64,000 nt of DNA. It comes from Zygnema circumcarinatum SAG 698-1b. Its lineage: Eukaryota; Plantae; Zygnematophyceae. Both the position numbers and the translations under genes were made by a program. The stretch lies in the NCBI GenBank assembly GCA_037447605.1, contig CM074819.1:682001-746000 (forward strand). Reading direction: 5' to 3'. Under the pieces are notes generated by a model that was given only the letters and a program-made list of their open reading frames with translations, did no database searches and was not told the origin of the DNA. Each line of letters starts with the position of its first letter. The first letter of the stretch is position 1. This document shows positions 1 through 13,449 of this stretch, piece after piece.

Positions 1-855
1 CCATGGCTGCCCCCCTCCCCATCTGGACGGACGCTGGCGGACGCGGTACGGACGCTTTGGGGGACGCACGTATCCTTCGAGAAGGGGCGGACGCGCCGAC
101 GGACGGACGGAAGAACGGATGGTATGGTAACCGCTGGCGGACGTTTGGGGATGTGGCCCATGCGGGTACTCGGTGCCGACGGACATTCCACACGTGTGAC
201 CACCCAGCAAGAACCGTCACCCATCATTTGTATATTTGGATGTACTGTACACAGAGAGTCGTGAAATGTCATGTGTCTCACGATGGCATTTGGGGGGCAT
301 GAAGGAGGCGTGCACAACAACAAAAACATCAACAACATTGGGAAAAAAACCACGAGGACCCAACGGCTCACAAAGGACCTAAAAAACATGAGGAAAGAGC
401 TTTTCAGGTTGCAGTATATTCGTGGATTTAGTAGACATGATGCATTTTGTGATTTGACGTGAGACTAGATTGTGGCGCACAGCACATGGAACACCGTTAC
501 ACATCGTAACCTTATCTCTATCTCTCCTTCTCTCTCGTAGCTTCTCTCTCCCTCCCCTCCTCTCCCTTCCTCGCCCCCTCCCCCCTCCCCCGTCCCCCTC
601 CCCATCTCCCTCCCCATCTCCCTCCCCTTCCCTCCCTCCCTCCTCTCTCTCGCTCTCTCTGTCATACTTACAGAATTCGTAAAGACTAGCTCTCTCTATC
701 GAGCACAAGCCCAAAAATACTTGGAACTATCTCTCTCCAAAAAAAAAGGGCTTCAAAAAGAACAAAAAGAACCCAAAAAAAATACAAAATTGCGGATTTT
801 TGATAGATCAAGCAAAATTCAAAATATCCAAATGGGGCGCCGCAAAAAGCTCGGG

Positions 856-3800
856 TTAATCGAGTTTCGTCGATTTATTTCGAAGCACTGAGGAGCCTTT
901 TTCTCCAATTTCACGTAACTCGCTTTTTCTTTTCCTTAGAAATTCCGTAGCCCCGCGATCACGTGTACTGAATTCGCCTCCGTTTGACGGGTTTCCGTTG
1001 TACTGACAACCGGCCCGCCTGCATAGAAAATGGACATGCAAAAAGAAACCCAAATAACTCAAAAATCTCGGGAAAATCCCAAAAAAAGAGCATTCCAGAA
1101 AAGATGGATCTGGAAAAACTGAAAATCCCCCAAAAGTTTAAAGCCTACAGAGGGCCATTCGAACCCTAGCAACCCTGAACCCCATAAATCATGGAATAAA
1201 ACCCTGAGCTGCAACACCCTGGTTTAGAGGAAAAAGCGCAGAGAGTCCGTGGGAAAGAGAGAAAACGGACCTTCTAAGCAGAGCGCTGCCGTGAATCTGC
1301 CCATCCCATACATGCACACACGTGTAGCCACTTGAGGTAGAGAGGGGAGGGAGGACGGAGAGGGGAGCGGGGGAGGGGCGAGAGTGGAGAGGGGAGGGGG
1401 GAGGGGGGAGAGGGGAGACGGGAGAGGGGAAGGGGGAGGGGGGAAGGGGGGAGAGCGGAGGNNNNNNNNNNGGGAGAGGGAGAGGGAGAGGGAGAGAGAG
1501 AGGGGGACCCAGACCAACATTGGACGACCCGAAGGGCCCCACAGACTAGTAAAAATATGCAGGACAGCGTAGGAAAAGGCAAGCCTAAAACTTAAACAAA
1601 CTCTAACAAGCTTGGAAAGCAAGTAGACCTCTCGGAAGCACGGAAACCTTAAAATCCCGAAGGGGACGCAATGAGTGTGCACGCAGCGCAAAATGCACAC
1701 CTGAAAGTCTCGCAAGTTGTCTCCCGCCACAACGCATTTGGTAGAGCCACATCGCATCGAATTGACCGCAGTCGGCGGCGGAAGAATGGCGGTCAGTACT
1801 TGGGACCGCAAGTACGCCCATTGGCCGGCTGCGTAGTGGTATATGCTGAGAGAGGGAGAGAGAGAGAGAGAGTGAGAAAGTGAGAGAGAGAGGAAAAGCA
1901 AGAGGGAAGGGAGGGGGGGAGGGAGAGCAGAGGGAGGGAGGAGAGAGGGAGGGTGGTAGCATAACCAAGGTTTCAAAATTCCCGTGACGCCGGTTGAAGA
2001 GCCATGGAAAAGGGATTCTCCTACTAAAGAAAACAAAATGGTAAAGGTAGGATTCATTCCTTAGGAAATATACAACATTAGTCTTCCATGAACCCACGAA
2101 ATCCACGAACCAAAATCTAAAACTTAGGGTTTTGTGGGCCCCCTTTACCTGAGACGATGGCGATTACAAGTGAGCAGAAACTGCACAAGTCCATTAAGAA
2201 CACTACGCATGGCACGGAAAACCTGCATAGAAAGCATAAACAGGGTTAATACAAGTTTTACATCCATGGTTGAATGCTGTTGGAAATAAAAGTAAAATTT
2301 TCACAAGTAAGCTCCCTACTAAACACAAGCCCTATATGCATGGTTCAAATGTTGGGAACAGTTTATAGGGTTTTCTCTCACCTTGTGAAAAAGATCGTTC
2401 CAAAGTTCTCTCCACAACGAGTGGGATGGAGACACATGTGAAGCAACTCTCAAACTCGCAGTCACCGGCTTTCTCGCAGCCAATAGCAGCTTGACACCTG
2501 TCATAGTACGGATCCATGCGGCCACCAAAATTTCCCAAATTTCGCAGAGGAAAGATAGGACGGTAGAAAATAGGGCGAGGAAAAGTCGAAGGGGCATAGC
2601 CACTGCCATCGTCAATAGTTGGACGATGGGATACAGAAAACTGAGAACTGCATTTTCCAACATATGGAAGTTAGAATTTTCGTTTCTCTCCAAAAAACCC
2701 CACAACGTGCAAAATTGCTCGGAAAAAATAAGAAACTGCTGACTGACTAAAAACTGACTGACTAAAACTCACAAGGGGTTGTCTTTTTGGTTACCTAGAG
2801 TGCAGGAGAACGAGAGGAGATTCCATAGTGGCCGCAAAAGGAGGGTAAAGAGAGAGAGAGTGACTCTAGCTATAGCGTTTATACTCCATCCGAGTTTCCA
2901 AATGGCAGCTCTCACTTCTTTTCCGAGTGCTCCTGCACTCCATTTTAAAGCTTCATAGACAGGCCATAGCCAGTCCATAGCTGCTGCAAGAGGTCCATGT
3001 ACAGGCTGAAGCATAAAACTGAGTAAATGTCTAAGTCCCCTCAGAAATGCTAAAATTCCCTTCATAGCCCTTTGAAGGTTTTGCAATACCAACATTGTAC
3101 CCAAATACTTTAAACGATATCCCACTCCCCAAGCATCGATCCACTCAGAGAGAGGGCCAAGAAGGCGAGATATCGCTTCTCTTAGAACGGGAACGTTCTT
3201 GTAGAGATCATAGAACCCGATAAGGACCGTTGTAACGGAAACGGCGAAGTATACATAGAGCGCGAGGGGTCGCATCCATGGACGGTAAACGCGACATAGA
3301 ACGGGGTAAGATTGACAGAAAACAGCCCACGGAGGAAGGCCAGACTCTAACATTTTTAGTAACCGAAGGTCGGATGTTATTATTTTGCTAAGTTCTTTGG
3401 GAAGAGAGAGGTTTTTGAAGCGCATAATGATGAGCTTATCTCTATACAAAACCTGGGGGGCACTTAACTTAGGTGTTGAAATGTTGCTTGGAGTAGCAGG
3501 AGGAGAGTCGAATTCGAAGCTTCTGAACCCCTCAAATCCCTCAAACACACTTCCTGTTGCTATTGAAGGAGAGGGAGAGAGTGGAGGAGAGCGAGAGGGC
3601 GAGAGAGAGTGAACAGTATTCGGTTTCGTTTTCGCCGGAAGCATTTCCATGTCCTCTAGTGACAGAGAAAATACGGAAAATAGGGAATGCTTTGCGTCTA
3701 CGATTTCTGATTCTGACTCTCCCACTCCATTCACTTCTTTGTTCTCATTTTCTGCTCCGGGAGGTCTCCCCCAGTCAAACCAGCCTTCCTCTCCCTCTCC

Positions 3801-6800
3801 CTCTCCATGTCCAATCTCCACCCATTCGTCTCTGCCATGTTGAGAAGTCTTTTTTCGGCTGCCCGATGGATAATTTTGCCACTTGAATGTTCCTGTTATT
3901 CCACTTTCCGCTAGATTTTCAGCACCATTATTTTGTTCCCTATTTCCTTCACGAATCGACGGAAAAGCACCCCCAGGGAACTCCTCCCTCTCCCATTCCA
4001 TGCGATCACATACACTCAATTCTGCCCCCTTTTCTGTTATCTTCCTCTGACTTGTTCCCTTGACTGCCCCAAATCTGCCGCCCTCTTTATGCACAAATCC
4101 GTTCAACGATTCCATAGCCTGTACATATGCAATCCCCCCATTGCCCCTCCAATTGTACCCTTCCAGACTTCCCCATTTCGGAGAAGAGAAACTCGAACTC
4201 CTCGAAAACAAAAACTCTTCAATTCTGTCCCCTTCTAAAAAAGATGAAAAGTCGGACGACATCGTTTCTGCCACGACTTCATTTGAGTCCTCATCACTCT
4301 CAATGCCATTTTCTGCACTCCATACATCCCCATTCCCGGCTGACATCCATTCGTTTAAATCAATCTCCCTCCCTTCACTCTCATCTCCTCTCCCATCCCC
4401 CCCCCCACCATCTTCATGCTCTTCAATTCTTTCCATATAAGTGCCTCCCGCATCCTCCATAGCGTCTAGGTATGCAGCCGTACTTCCTTCACTCATCTGC
4501 CCTTCTAAGGGGTGCCCATGACTACTCACCTCATCATCCTCTCCATCTCCATCACCACCTTCTACCTCTCCTTCTCCCTCCTCCATTCTCGCCCCCTCTC
4601 CCTCAATCCAGCTCTCATCTCCTCTCTCACTCCTCCCTTCCTCATCCTCCCTCCCTTCCCCAACATCTATGCTTTCGACAACCACATAACTCCCAACTGT
4701 GGTCTCCACATCCGCTCTGTCGTCTACTGGTGAGAAAATAACGTTTTGATTTCTAGGCTGATCTGTATTTATTCGCGGCGATAGTGGAGATTTTTGAGAT
4801 GCCCGACGGAGCGTGAAGCTCTGAAGAAAAGGAGGAGAAAGTGGTGCTCCAGGAATGCGGGTTCTACTGTTTTGAAGAGCCGCAGAATTGATGCTACTGA
4901 GTTCAGCAAAGTGGAAAGCATGCGCTTGAGCCACGCTTTTGAATTCTCTCTTTACAATAGATCGAGCCTCAAGCGCTAAATAAGTGTTCACCTGCACATA
5001 CATTCCCCCTCCTGCTCATTCAATGCGATATCATTGCCTCTCTATGCCGCAGTCTCCATTACCTACTTCTCCCTCTTCTCACGTCTACCAGCCACTCAAA
5101 CCCCCCTGTTGCCTCCCTTCCTTCCATCCCCTCTCCCTCTCCCACCTTCCTTCCGTTCCCTCTCGCACATCTAACACGTCGACCCCTCCCCCATCCTTTC
5201 CCCGTCCCGCTTTCTTCTCACACCTCTCACCTTGCCCCTCCCGCTTTCCCACTCACGCCGCCCGGCCCCGCCCCTCTCCCATCTCCCACAACTCTCCCTC
5301 GTCCTACCCTCAGCCAGCCCCGCCTCCCCTTTACTTCCCTGTGATTTAACCCCCTCCCTCTCCCACGCCTCCCTTTCCCGCACGCAAACCCTGCCACTAC
5401 ACCCACCCAACCTCAACGTGCATCCCTAAATCCTCACCCCCACTCCTACCCTCTACCTCCTCCCCACCTGCAGCTCGTTGCTGTAGCTGATTCCCCGCAC
5501 GTCTTCCCAGGCCACTTCAAAAGTCACACAGCCATAGAGCCCCTCTCTGGGGTGAGGAAGAGGAGGAATAGCTCTCCTACGTGCATGTAGGGGGCGAACT
5601 ACCGCTGTGAGAGAGGGCCATTTCATGCGACGGTGATGCCCAAGACTGCTCTGCCGCTCAGGACGGCCTTGAGAGGTTCTGGAGAGACGGAATTCAAGAT
5701 CCAAAATTAGCCTTCGGGCTTTGAATTCATTATTGGCTTTCAGGTTTTGGGGCATATCGCGTTTCGAATATTTACAATTTTTCCGCAACTTTTGTTCCAA
5801 AGATAACGCGCAACGTGATGGTGCGCGCTTTTCAAGGCTTTTCGGGAGGTGACGAGTTTGAGAACTGTGAAATGAGAAGGACTTCAGGTTTCTTGTGTCG
5901 CAGCTGGCAAGGGAGCCATGGCCTGCTGCTGCCACCTGCCTCTGCTGCTCTTCCAGCCGCTTCCGCCGCGTCTTTTCTCGGGCGAGCTCTCGGAGATTGG
6001 TGAAAGGTGACTCTCGTGACTGATCCAAAATAGGAGGGGAGCGAGAGAAAAAGAGGAAGGGAGAGAGAAAGAAGCGAGAGCGAGAGAGAGGGAAAGAGGA
6101 GAAGAGCGAGAGACGCAATCGGAAAATAAGGCTAACCTTTTTGACTGAATGACGGAACCAAAGCAATAGGGGAGGGCGTGAGGATATATTACTGCATACT
6201 TTCACTAGATTTTTTTCCATTTGAAGATCATCCCATACTTTCATTGATTCCTTTTGAAGATGACTCCATTCTTTGGGTGGATTTTTTCCTTTTCAAGAGA
6301 TCACATTCTCATTCTTAGGAAGAAACTTGGCTGGAAGCAGGCTATAAAGGGCAGTGTATGTGCTTTTGTGGCCCGACATGCGGCGATGTTGCGTTTGGAA
6401 AGGTAGTTTCTATTAATTTCTAGCTGTTTGCTATTTAACGATCACGTTAAAAAATTTCGGAAATGTTGGTTTTGGTCATTTTTTGCGATTCTTTAGGGTT
6501 GTGTACACAAACCTGAAACTTCTCTATGCTTGAAGCTCTAAAAAAAAAAACTGCAACAGGTTTGCACTTGTCTGTTAAGGGAATACTCTCCTTGCTGCCT
6601 TTCTTGCTCAGGTCTGTTTTCTCCCCTCCCTCTCCCTCTATCTCACCCTCCCTCTCCCACTCCCTCTAACATCTCGCTCCCTCCGCCTCTCCCTGTCTCN
6701 NNNNNNNNNCGCAGAATTGATGCTACTGAGTTCAGCAAAGTGGAAAGCATGCGCTTGAGCCACGCTTTTGAATTCTCTCTTTACAATAGATCGAGCCTCA

Positions 6801-9578
6801 AGCGCTAAATAAGTGTTCACCTGCACATACATTCCCCCTCCTGCTCATTCAATGCGATATCATTGCCTCTCTATGCCGCAGTCTCCATTACCTACTTCTC
6901 CCTCTTCTCACGTCTACCAGCCACTCAAACCCCCCTGTTGCCTCCCTTCCTTCCATCCCCTCTCCCTCTCCCACCTTCCTTCCGTTCCCTCTCGCACATC
7001 TAACACGTCGACCCCTCCCCCATCCTTTCCCCGTCCCGCTTTCTTCTCACACCTCTCACCTTGCCCCTCCCGCTTTCCCACTCACGCCGCCCGGCCCCGC
7101 CCCTCTCCCATCTCCCACAACTCTCCCTCGTCCTACCCTCAGCCAGCCCCGCCTCCCCTTTACTTCCCTGTGATTTAACCCCCTCCCTCTCCCACACCTC
7201 CCTTTCCCGCACGCAAACCCTGCCACTACACCCACCCAACCTCAACGTGCATCCCTAAATCCCTAAATCCTCACCCCCACTCCTACCCTCTACCTCCCTC
7301 CTACCTGCAGCTCGTTGCTGTAGCTGATTCCCCGCACGTCTTCCCAGGCCACTTCAAAAGTCACACAGCCATAGAGCCCATTGGGAGGAGCCTCCTCTCT
7401 TGGGTGAGGGAGAGGAGGAATAGCTCTCCTACGTGCATGTAGGCGGCGAACTACCGCTGTGAGAGAGGGCCATTTCATGCGACGGTGACGCCCAAGACTG
7501 CTCTGCCGCTCAGGACGGCCTTGAGAGCTTCTGGAGAGACGGAATTCAATGTCCAAAATGAGCCTTAGGGCTTTGAATTCATTGGCTTTCAGGTTTTGGG
7601 GCATGTCGCGTTTTGAATATTTAACAGTTTTCCCGCAACTTCTGTTCCAAAGTTAACGTGCAGCGTGATGGTGCGCGCTTTTCAAAGCTTTTAGGGAGGT
7701 GACGAGTTTGAGAACTGTGAAATGAGAAGGATTTTAGGTTTCTTTTGTCGCACCTGGCAAGGGAGCCATGGCCTGCTGCTGCAAGTTGGCTCTGCTGCTC
7801 TTCCAGCCGCTTCCGCCGCGTCTTTTCTCGGGCAAGCTCACGGTGATTGGTGAAAGGTGACTCTCGTGACTGATCCAAAATAGGAGGGGAGCGAGAGAAA
7901 AAGAGGAAGGGAGAGAGAAAGAAGCGAGAGCGAGAGAGNNNNNNNNNNCTCAACTCTCCTTCGTCCTACCCTCAGCCAGCCCCGCCTCCCCTTTACTTCC
8001 CTGTGATTTAACCCCCTCCCTCTCCCACACCTCCCTTTCCCGCACGCAAAACCCTGCCACTAAACCCACCCAAATCCTCACCCCCACTCCTACCCTCTAC
8101 CTCCCTCCTACCTGCAGCTCGTTGCTGTAGCTGATTCCCCGCACGTCTTCCCAGGCCACTTCAAAAGTCACACAGCCATAGAGCCCATTGGGAGGAGCCT
8201 CCTCTCTTGGGTGAGGGAGAGGAGGAATAGCTCTCCTACGTGCATGTAGGCGGCGAACTACCGCTGTGAGAGAGGGCCATTTCATGCGACGGTGACGCCC
8301 AAGACTGCTCTGCCGCTCAGGACGGCCTTGAGAGCTTCTGGAGAGACGGAATTCAATGTCCAAAATGAGCCTTAGGGCTTTGAATTCATTGGCTTTCAGG
8401 TTTTGGGGCATGTCGCGTTTTGAATATTTAACAGTTTTCCCGCAACTTCTGTTCCAAAGTTAACGTGCAGCGTGATGGTGCGCGCTTTTCAAAGCTTTTA
8501 GGGAGGTGACGAGTTTGAGAACTGTGAAATGAGAAGGATTTTAGGTTTCTTTTGTCGCACCTGGCAAGGGAGCCATGGCCTGCTGCTGCAAGTTGGCTCT
8601 GCTGCTCTTCCAGCCGCTTCCGCCGCGTCTTTTCTCGGGCAAGCTCACGGTGATTGGTGAAAGGTGACTCTCGTGACTGATCCAAAATAGGAGGGGAGCG
8701 AGAGAAAAAGAGGAAGGGAGAGAGAAAGAAGCGAGAGCGAGAGAGTGGGAAAGTGGGGAAGAGCGAGAGACGAAATCGGAAAATAAGGCTAACCATTTTG
8801 ACTAAATGACGGAACCAAAGCAATAGGGGAGGGCGTGAGGACTCCTCTACTTCATTTCCTCTCCTCCCCACTCTCCTCTCCTCGCTGTTCCACCCAACCT
8901 CCTTCTACACCCTCAAATTCCCCCTTCCACTCCCCATTCTCCATTCGTTTGCTCACATAAACTCTCTCCCCACCCCACCCCCCCACCCTTNNNNNNNNNN
9001 TCTCCCTCTCCCTCTCCCTCTCCCTCTCCCTCTCCCTCTCCGCTTTCCCTCTCCATATTCTATTCTCTCCCTCACCTGTGTGACGAGGTGCCAGAGGCGT
9101 GTAGTGGACGAGCGGCGCGCCGCAGCCTTCCAAGGTGCGTTGTCAACAAAGAGGAGGAGGCGCGCACCACCGCTCTCAACATGCAGGGAGGCCACTGACA
9201 GCTGTGCCGGAGAGTCCCTGCAACACGCTCTCCTTCAAACCCTAAAAACTGCACAAGACCTAAAAGTTTACAGAATCTAGAAGCTCAGGAAGGATTCCTA
9301 AGCAATTCGAAACTCTGAGGACTTCAAAACCTTAAAAAACCTTGACAGTGACTAAAAATCCAAAAGATTTCAAAACTTTGAACACGTGGAGATTGTTCAA
9401 AGCTCTGAAAATCAGAGCATGCATGCATGCACGTAAGTTGATTTTTGTGGAGCATTTTTTTTTTTCTTTTTCTGTGAGCTCACCCAATTTGAAGTGATGT
9501 GAGGGGATATGTTGGTAAGCGCGCATCTTCCGCCGCATTGCTTCCGTTCAAATGGTTATGTTGCATCGTCAGCATCAT
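856..9578 (-). CDS. Conserved plant uncharacterised membrane-associated protein (Arabidopsis At2g32970-like from memory), about 9 exons
   Basis: Phase-consistent GT-AG exons 9484-9578, 9076-9217, 5468-6019, 2795-4991, 2382-2647, 2149-2222, 1701-1845, plus probable 1271-1545 (spans an N gap) and 856-1018. Motifs LPTYPLTSLQIG, LLLFVDNAPW, LYGCVTFEVAWEDVRGISYSNELQ, LESGLPPWAVFCQSYP..YRPWM, IGFYDLYKNVPVL, LWNDLF-KVFRA, CNRHRLSIY match this plant family as I recall it. Confidence 0.8.
6710..8840 (-). pseudogene. Two frameshifted duplicate copies of exon 3 (plus intron and start of exon 4) inside intron 2 of the gene above
   Basis: 6710-7938 repeats about 4881-6090 and 7949-8840 repeats about 5290-6185. 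Both extra copies read AAC TGT TAA (1-nt insertion and stop near 7621 and 8430) where the intact copy reads AAT TGT AAA. They are bounded by 10-N gaps. Confidence 0.75.
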
Positions 9579-10290
9579 GAGACATACCCAAACATATGTC
9601 GCCTGATCAGTCCTGGGAACCCTAAAACCAATGTATTAACCAGCTACTCTGTGACGTATTCCGTTCCGTTGAAACCGTTGACTCACCGCCTAAGCTCGCA
9701 AAAATCTGGACATTCATAACGACAAGAGAGTGAATGTAAGCAAAAACATTATTAACTTTATTATTATGAGCTTGTAACAACTTATGGTGGTATTTGCTAA
9801 AAGTGCCACAGCGCAAATCGGGAGCTTATCAAACAATAAACCTACTGTTTCACTTCTGAAACAGTAGGTTCAGTATCGATCAAGAAAATATGACATGTAT
9901 AGAAAATATATATATGAATAGTTAATATAGTAATAATGACAACTGTCCTCGGCTTGAAAATATATCATGGTGCGTTTCATCAGGAAACCCTACAAACAAC
10001 GAGGGGAAAGAGAATAGGGAGGGAGGAGTGGGAGGAAAGGGGCGGGCGAGGGAGGGAGAGAGAGAGAGAGAGAGAGGAAGGGGGGAGAGAAAGGAGTGAG
10101 GGAGAGTGAGGGAAGGACACAGAGAGGGAGTGACAGAAGGGCAGATAGAATGATCTGAAACAAGCGGACGCGAGAATAAACAGGAAAATATAGAGGTCAA
10201 CAGGTAGTTGAGGAACAGCGACTGAAAAAGTGAGCCAGAAAGTCAATAGATAGGTAGAGAGAGAGAGAGAGGGAGAGAGGAGAGAAAGAT

Positions 10291-10321
<31 letters not shown>

Positions 10322-10505
10322 CCTTTTCTCCCTCCCACAGGCCCTGCCTGTAGAGCCCACAAATCATTCCTCTCCCTCCCTCTCTCTCTACCTCTCCCTC
10401 TCCCTCTCTCTCTGCAGACGCAAAAGAATTCGAAACCTTGCAGGCCGTATGACCGGCCTCTTCAAATAAGGGATTGTCCCCTAAATTGGTTTTAAATCTC
10501 CGTAA

Positions 10506-10756
10506 GGAGAATGATACTGCACCCCCCTTGTTGCACAATCAAGGTCAAGGTCGCTGGTCAAGGTATGACTCCCCCTATGTTGGAAGTCAGTAGTGAAAGG
10601 GAAAAAACAAGGGATGGGATATCCAAAATAGGGGGTGAAATATCCAAAACAGGGGGTGGGATAACCATAATGGGCAGGCAAAATTTTCAGAAAGGGGGTG
10701 TAATAACCAAAATAGGGGGTGTAATAACCAAAATAGGGGGTGCAGTATCATTCTCC
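10506..10756. mobile_element. MITE, 251 bp, with 21-bp TIR and 8-bp target-site duplication
   Basis: TIR GGAGAATGATACTGCACCCCC at both ends; identical flanks CTCCGTAA at 10498-10505 and 10757-10764; internal ~21-bp repeats (ACCAAAATAGGGGGTG). Confidence 0.9.
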
Positions 10757-10764
10757 CTCCGTAA

Positions 10765-10920
10765 ATATGTCATGTACGGAGGAGGCCGTAAATGTACGGC
10801 AAAAGCCGTACATTACGGACAAAAGCAATATCGTACGGTCACATGTACGGTATGTGTACGGCACTAATAGGAGCTCGTCTAGTTAAATGTACGGCACCAA
10901 TAGGAGCTCGCGACAGGACC
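10765..10920. repeat. Dispersed repeat rich in TGTACGG; second copy at about 30670-30780
   Basis: GTACGGCAC(C/T)AATAGGAGCTCG..TACGGCACCAATAGGAG.TCGCGACAGG is shared between 10850-10920 and 30710-30780. Confidence 0.7.
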
Positions 10921-11004
10921 CGCCGGGCGGCCATGCGCCTCCGTACAGAGAGAAACAGTACGGCTTCAGGCCGGTCTCGAGAAACCACGACCGCCCGCCT
11001 AATA

Positions 11005-11282
11005 GGGAGAGTCAGACCTTGACCAAGCGCCAAACCAATTCCGCGAGCCCGTCGGGCCAATTCCGCGTTGTACGGCAGGCCTTTTTCGCCAAAAGTGGAC
11101 GTTCGACAGGCTCGGGCCCCGAGCCTGTATCTCATTTTTGTAACCAATTTCGAAGTACGGACGGGACAGACAGGTTCGGAGGGAGCCGCGGTTTCCGATC
11201 CGAATTCTGCAATCGAAATCAATACCTTTCCGCCGGCGGAATCTTTCAATTCCGCGGGCGATGGTCAAGGTCTGACTCCCCC
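11005..11282. mobile_element. MITE of the GGGGGAGTCAGACCTTGACC TIR family (PIF/Harbinger-like)
   Basis: Left end GGGAGAGTCAGACCTTGACCA, right end TGGTCAAGGTCTGACTCCCCC, flanked by TA. The same terminus occurs near 10560, 39797 and 48034. Confidence 0.75.
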
Positions 11283-12362
11283 TAATGTTAACACAGACTT
11301 CCTTCTACTTTCCAACCCCAAGATTTTCGTCCAATAACATCGGCCGAAACCATGGCGAAAATACTAGGGGGGGGGGAACTGTACTGTACTGTAATACCAG
11401 TCGCCTGCCTGCCCGCTCGCACCGTTTAGGCTTTCATGGTATTTACGGTTAATTCCCTTAAATGAATCTCAATCTGTCCTGTGACTAAGCTATTTACGAT
11501 GTTTAAATAAATTTTGTTTCCATCAAATCTTTCTCCCTCTTTACTCTCCATGGAAACTTCCCTCCCTAAGCCCTCAACACTCAACACTCATTTTTCAATC
11601 TAATGCATACACAACACAAAAGAGGCGGAATAGAAAAACGAAGGAGAAATCCTTCAGAAACTCCATTATATTAACAAGCTTTCTAGCTCAAGCCCCCATA
11701 AGCCTAAGCAAATCTTTCAAGACAAGTTCACTCCACCTTCACGTGAGGCAACTCTCCACACACACAGAGACCCCTCACGAAGGTCCACCTCCTTTTGCCA
11801 AAGCCATACCTCTACCTGCCTTAGCTTTGCAACACACTTCAACAAAGTTACTATCTTACACACCCACTCCTTACTATATCGTATAGGGTTGTGATGTTAC
11901 AATGTCATGTGACACTTGGCAGGACCATGCATGCAACAACCTTATTCAAACAACCTTACCTAACTACTTTGTCTTGCCATGCACAGCAAGTTTAGCCTAG
12001 CAACGTGCCAACGCCACCGACCTAACCCAAGTGACCATGCACTACACCGCCGGGCTGTACTTCCCACCATCCCACACAAAGACTAACTCCCCTACTCCTC
12101 AAAATAGGCTTCATCGACTTCTTCTTCCTTTGTCTTGATTTGCAGCCGCAACATTCCAAGACTCCGCACTTCAGAGAAGATTCCTCAACGCGATATTGAA
12201 TTTCGGGCTCTCGAACCCAATATCCATATTGTCTGTTCGGTCGGTCTTCCCTCCGTGCGCACACCTCCTGAGTCATACGATGAAGCAAGTCTGCCCCCAT
12301 AGATCTCGCGCCTAGAAGCACACCCCTATAAACTAAGAGCCAACACAAAATGCTAATCTAAA

Positions 12363-12635
12363 CTAATTATATACACTAACAATGAGGAGGAGGGCGCCGC
12401 TAAACATGAAGAGGCGGCCGATCACTTTGGGCCTCGACTCGTAGCCTTCCGCATGCGCACACGCCGTGTAGCCGACGCCCACTCCGACTATGAGCCCGCC
12501 GAGGAGGATCGCTGCGATTGCCGAGTTATTGGATAAGGATGGGGAGGGAGAAAGGGAGGGGGAGGGTGAGGAGGAGGAGGAGGAGGAGGAGGCGGGGGGG
12601 TGCGAGGTGGAGGAGGAGAGGGTCGGAATTTTCAT
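12363..12635 (-). CDS. Hypothetical small membrane protein (90 aa, Ser/Pro-rich N-terminus, two hydrophobic segments)
   Basis: Single ORF with IAAILLGGLIVGVGVGYTACAHAE...IGRLFMFSGALLLIV; shares VGVGYTACA with the divergent ORF at 13450. Confidence 0.5.
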   Translation of the reverse strand: MKIPTLSSSTSHPPASSSSSSSSPSPSLSPSPSLSNNSAIAAILLGGLIVGVGVGYTACAHAEGYESRPKVIGRLFMFSGALLLIVSVYN

Positions 12636-13449
12636 GACGGAGGAGTTGAAGGGGAGAGCGAAATCTGGGTGTTAATGGAGAGGCGTTAGAAGGTGGGGAA
12701 GCTGAAGGGGGCGTAGCAGCAGTTGAGAGCAATGAGAAATTCTCTCAGTTTATGACCATGCAACGACATGCATGCCGCCGGCAATACCACCGCGGCGCGG
12801 CGCGGTCCGCAGCCGACCGGGCCTTTCACGGCTCGAAGAGGCCGTTCGCGGTTCGGCGCCGCCGGGAGGGCTCGCCCCGAGAGATCTGTACGGACATAAA
12901 ATTTCCGTACAGTGTACAGTACTGTATGAGCGGAACCATAGGCTGTGATCCTAGCAAATTCTGTAAGGATCGGGATCCATTGGCTGTACTTTTTTTTATT
13001 GTTGCAACCAATCAATGGCTGGCACGTAATGATCCGCACTTGTGGTTCAAGGTACTTACTGCTCTAGTGTGATGCTGCTAATAATGGGCAATACGGTAGC
13101 CGCACAGCGTCATGGGCATGCCCAATCACGTGGCGCCACGTCAAATAAAGCTGTGTCATTTCGAGAGGATAGGACCACATTGCATCGACATAACCGTACA
13201 GTACGTTCGCCAGCTTCAGCCTTGTCCGTACAGTACCCGCCCCATGAAGGGTTCAAAGGCCCGTTTGGTTGTAAAGTTACTGCGCGCCAAAACTGCATGG
13301 ACCGCCGAAACGAGAAATTCGCCGCCGAACTCCATTCGTTTGCATGAGCCCTTCACCTTCCCCACCTTCCAGCGCTGCTCCTTCTACACTTTAATCCCAG
13401 CTTCTCGAGCTCTCTCCCTTGACCAGGCCTCCCTCCCTCCTCACCAGCC

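Noticed and set aside
5453-6244. ORF start MKVWDDLQ as the gene's N-terminus
   Set aside because: Conserved sequence begins at the acceptor at 6019 (SRESPFTN), and upstream exons at 9076-9217 and 9484-9578 fit better.
12022-12348. 108-aa ORF as a second exon of the small membrane protein
   Set aside because: No donor/acceptor pair gives the right phase, the start is TTG, and I recognise no motif.
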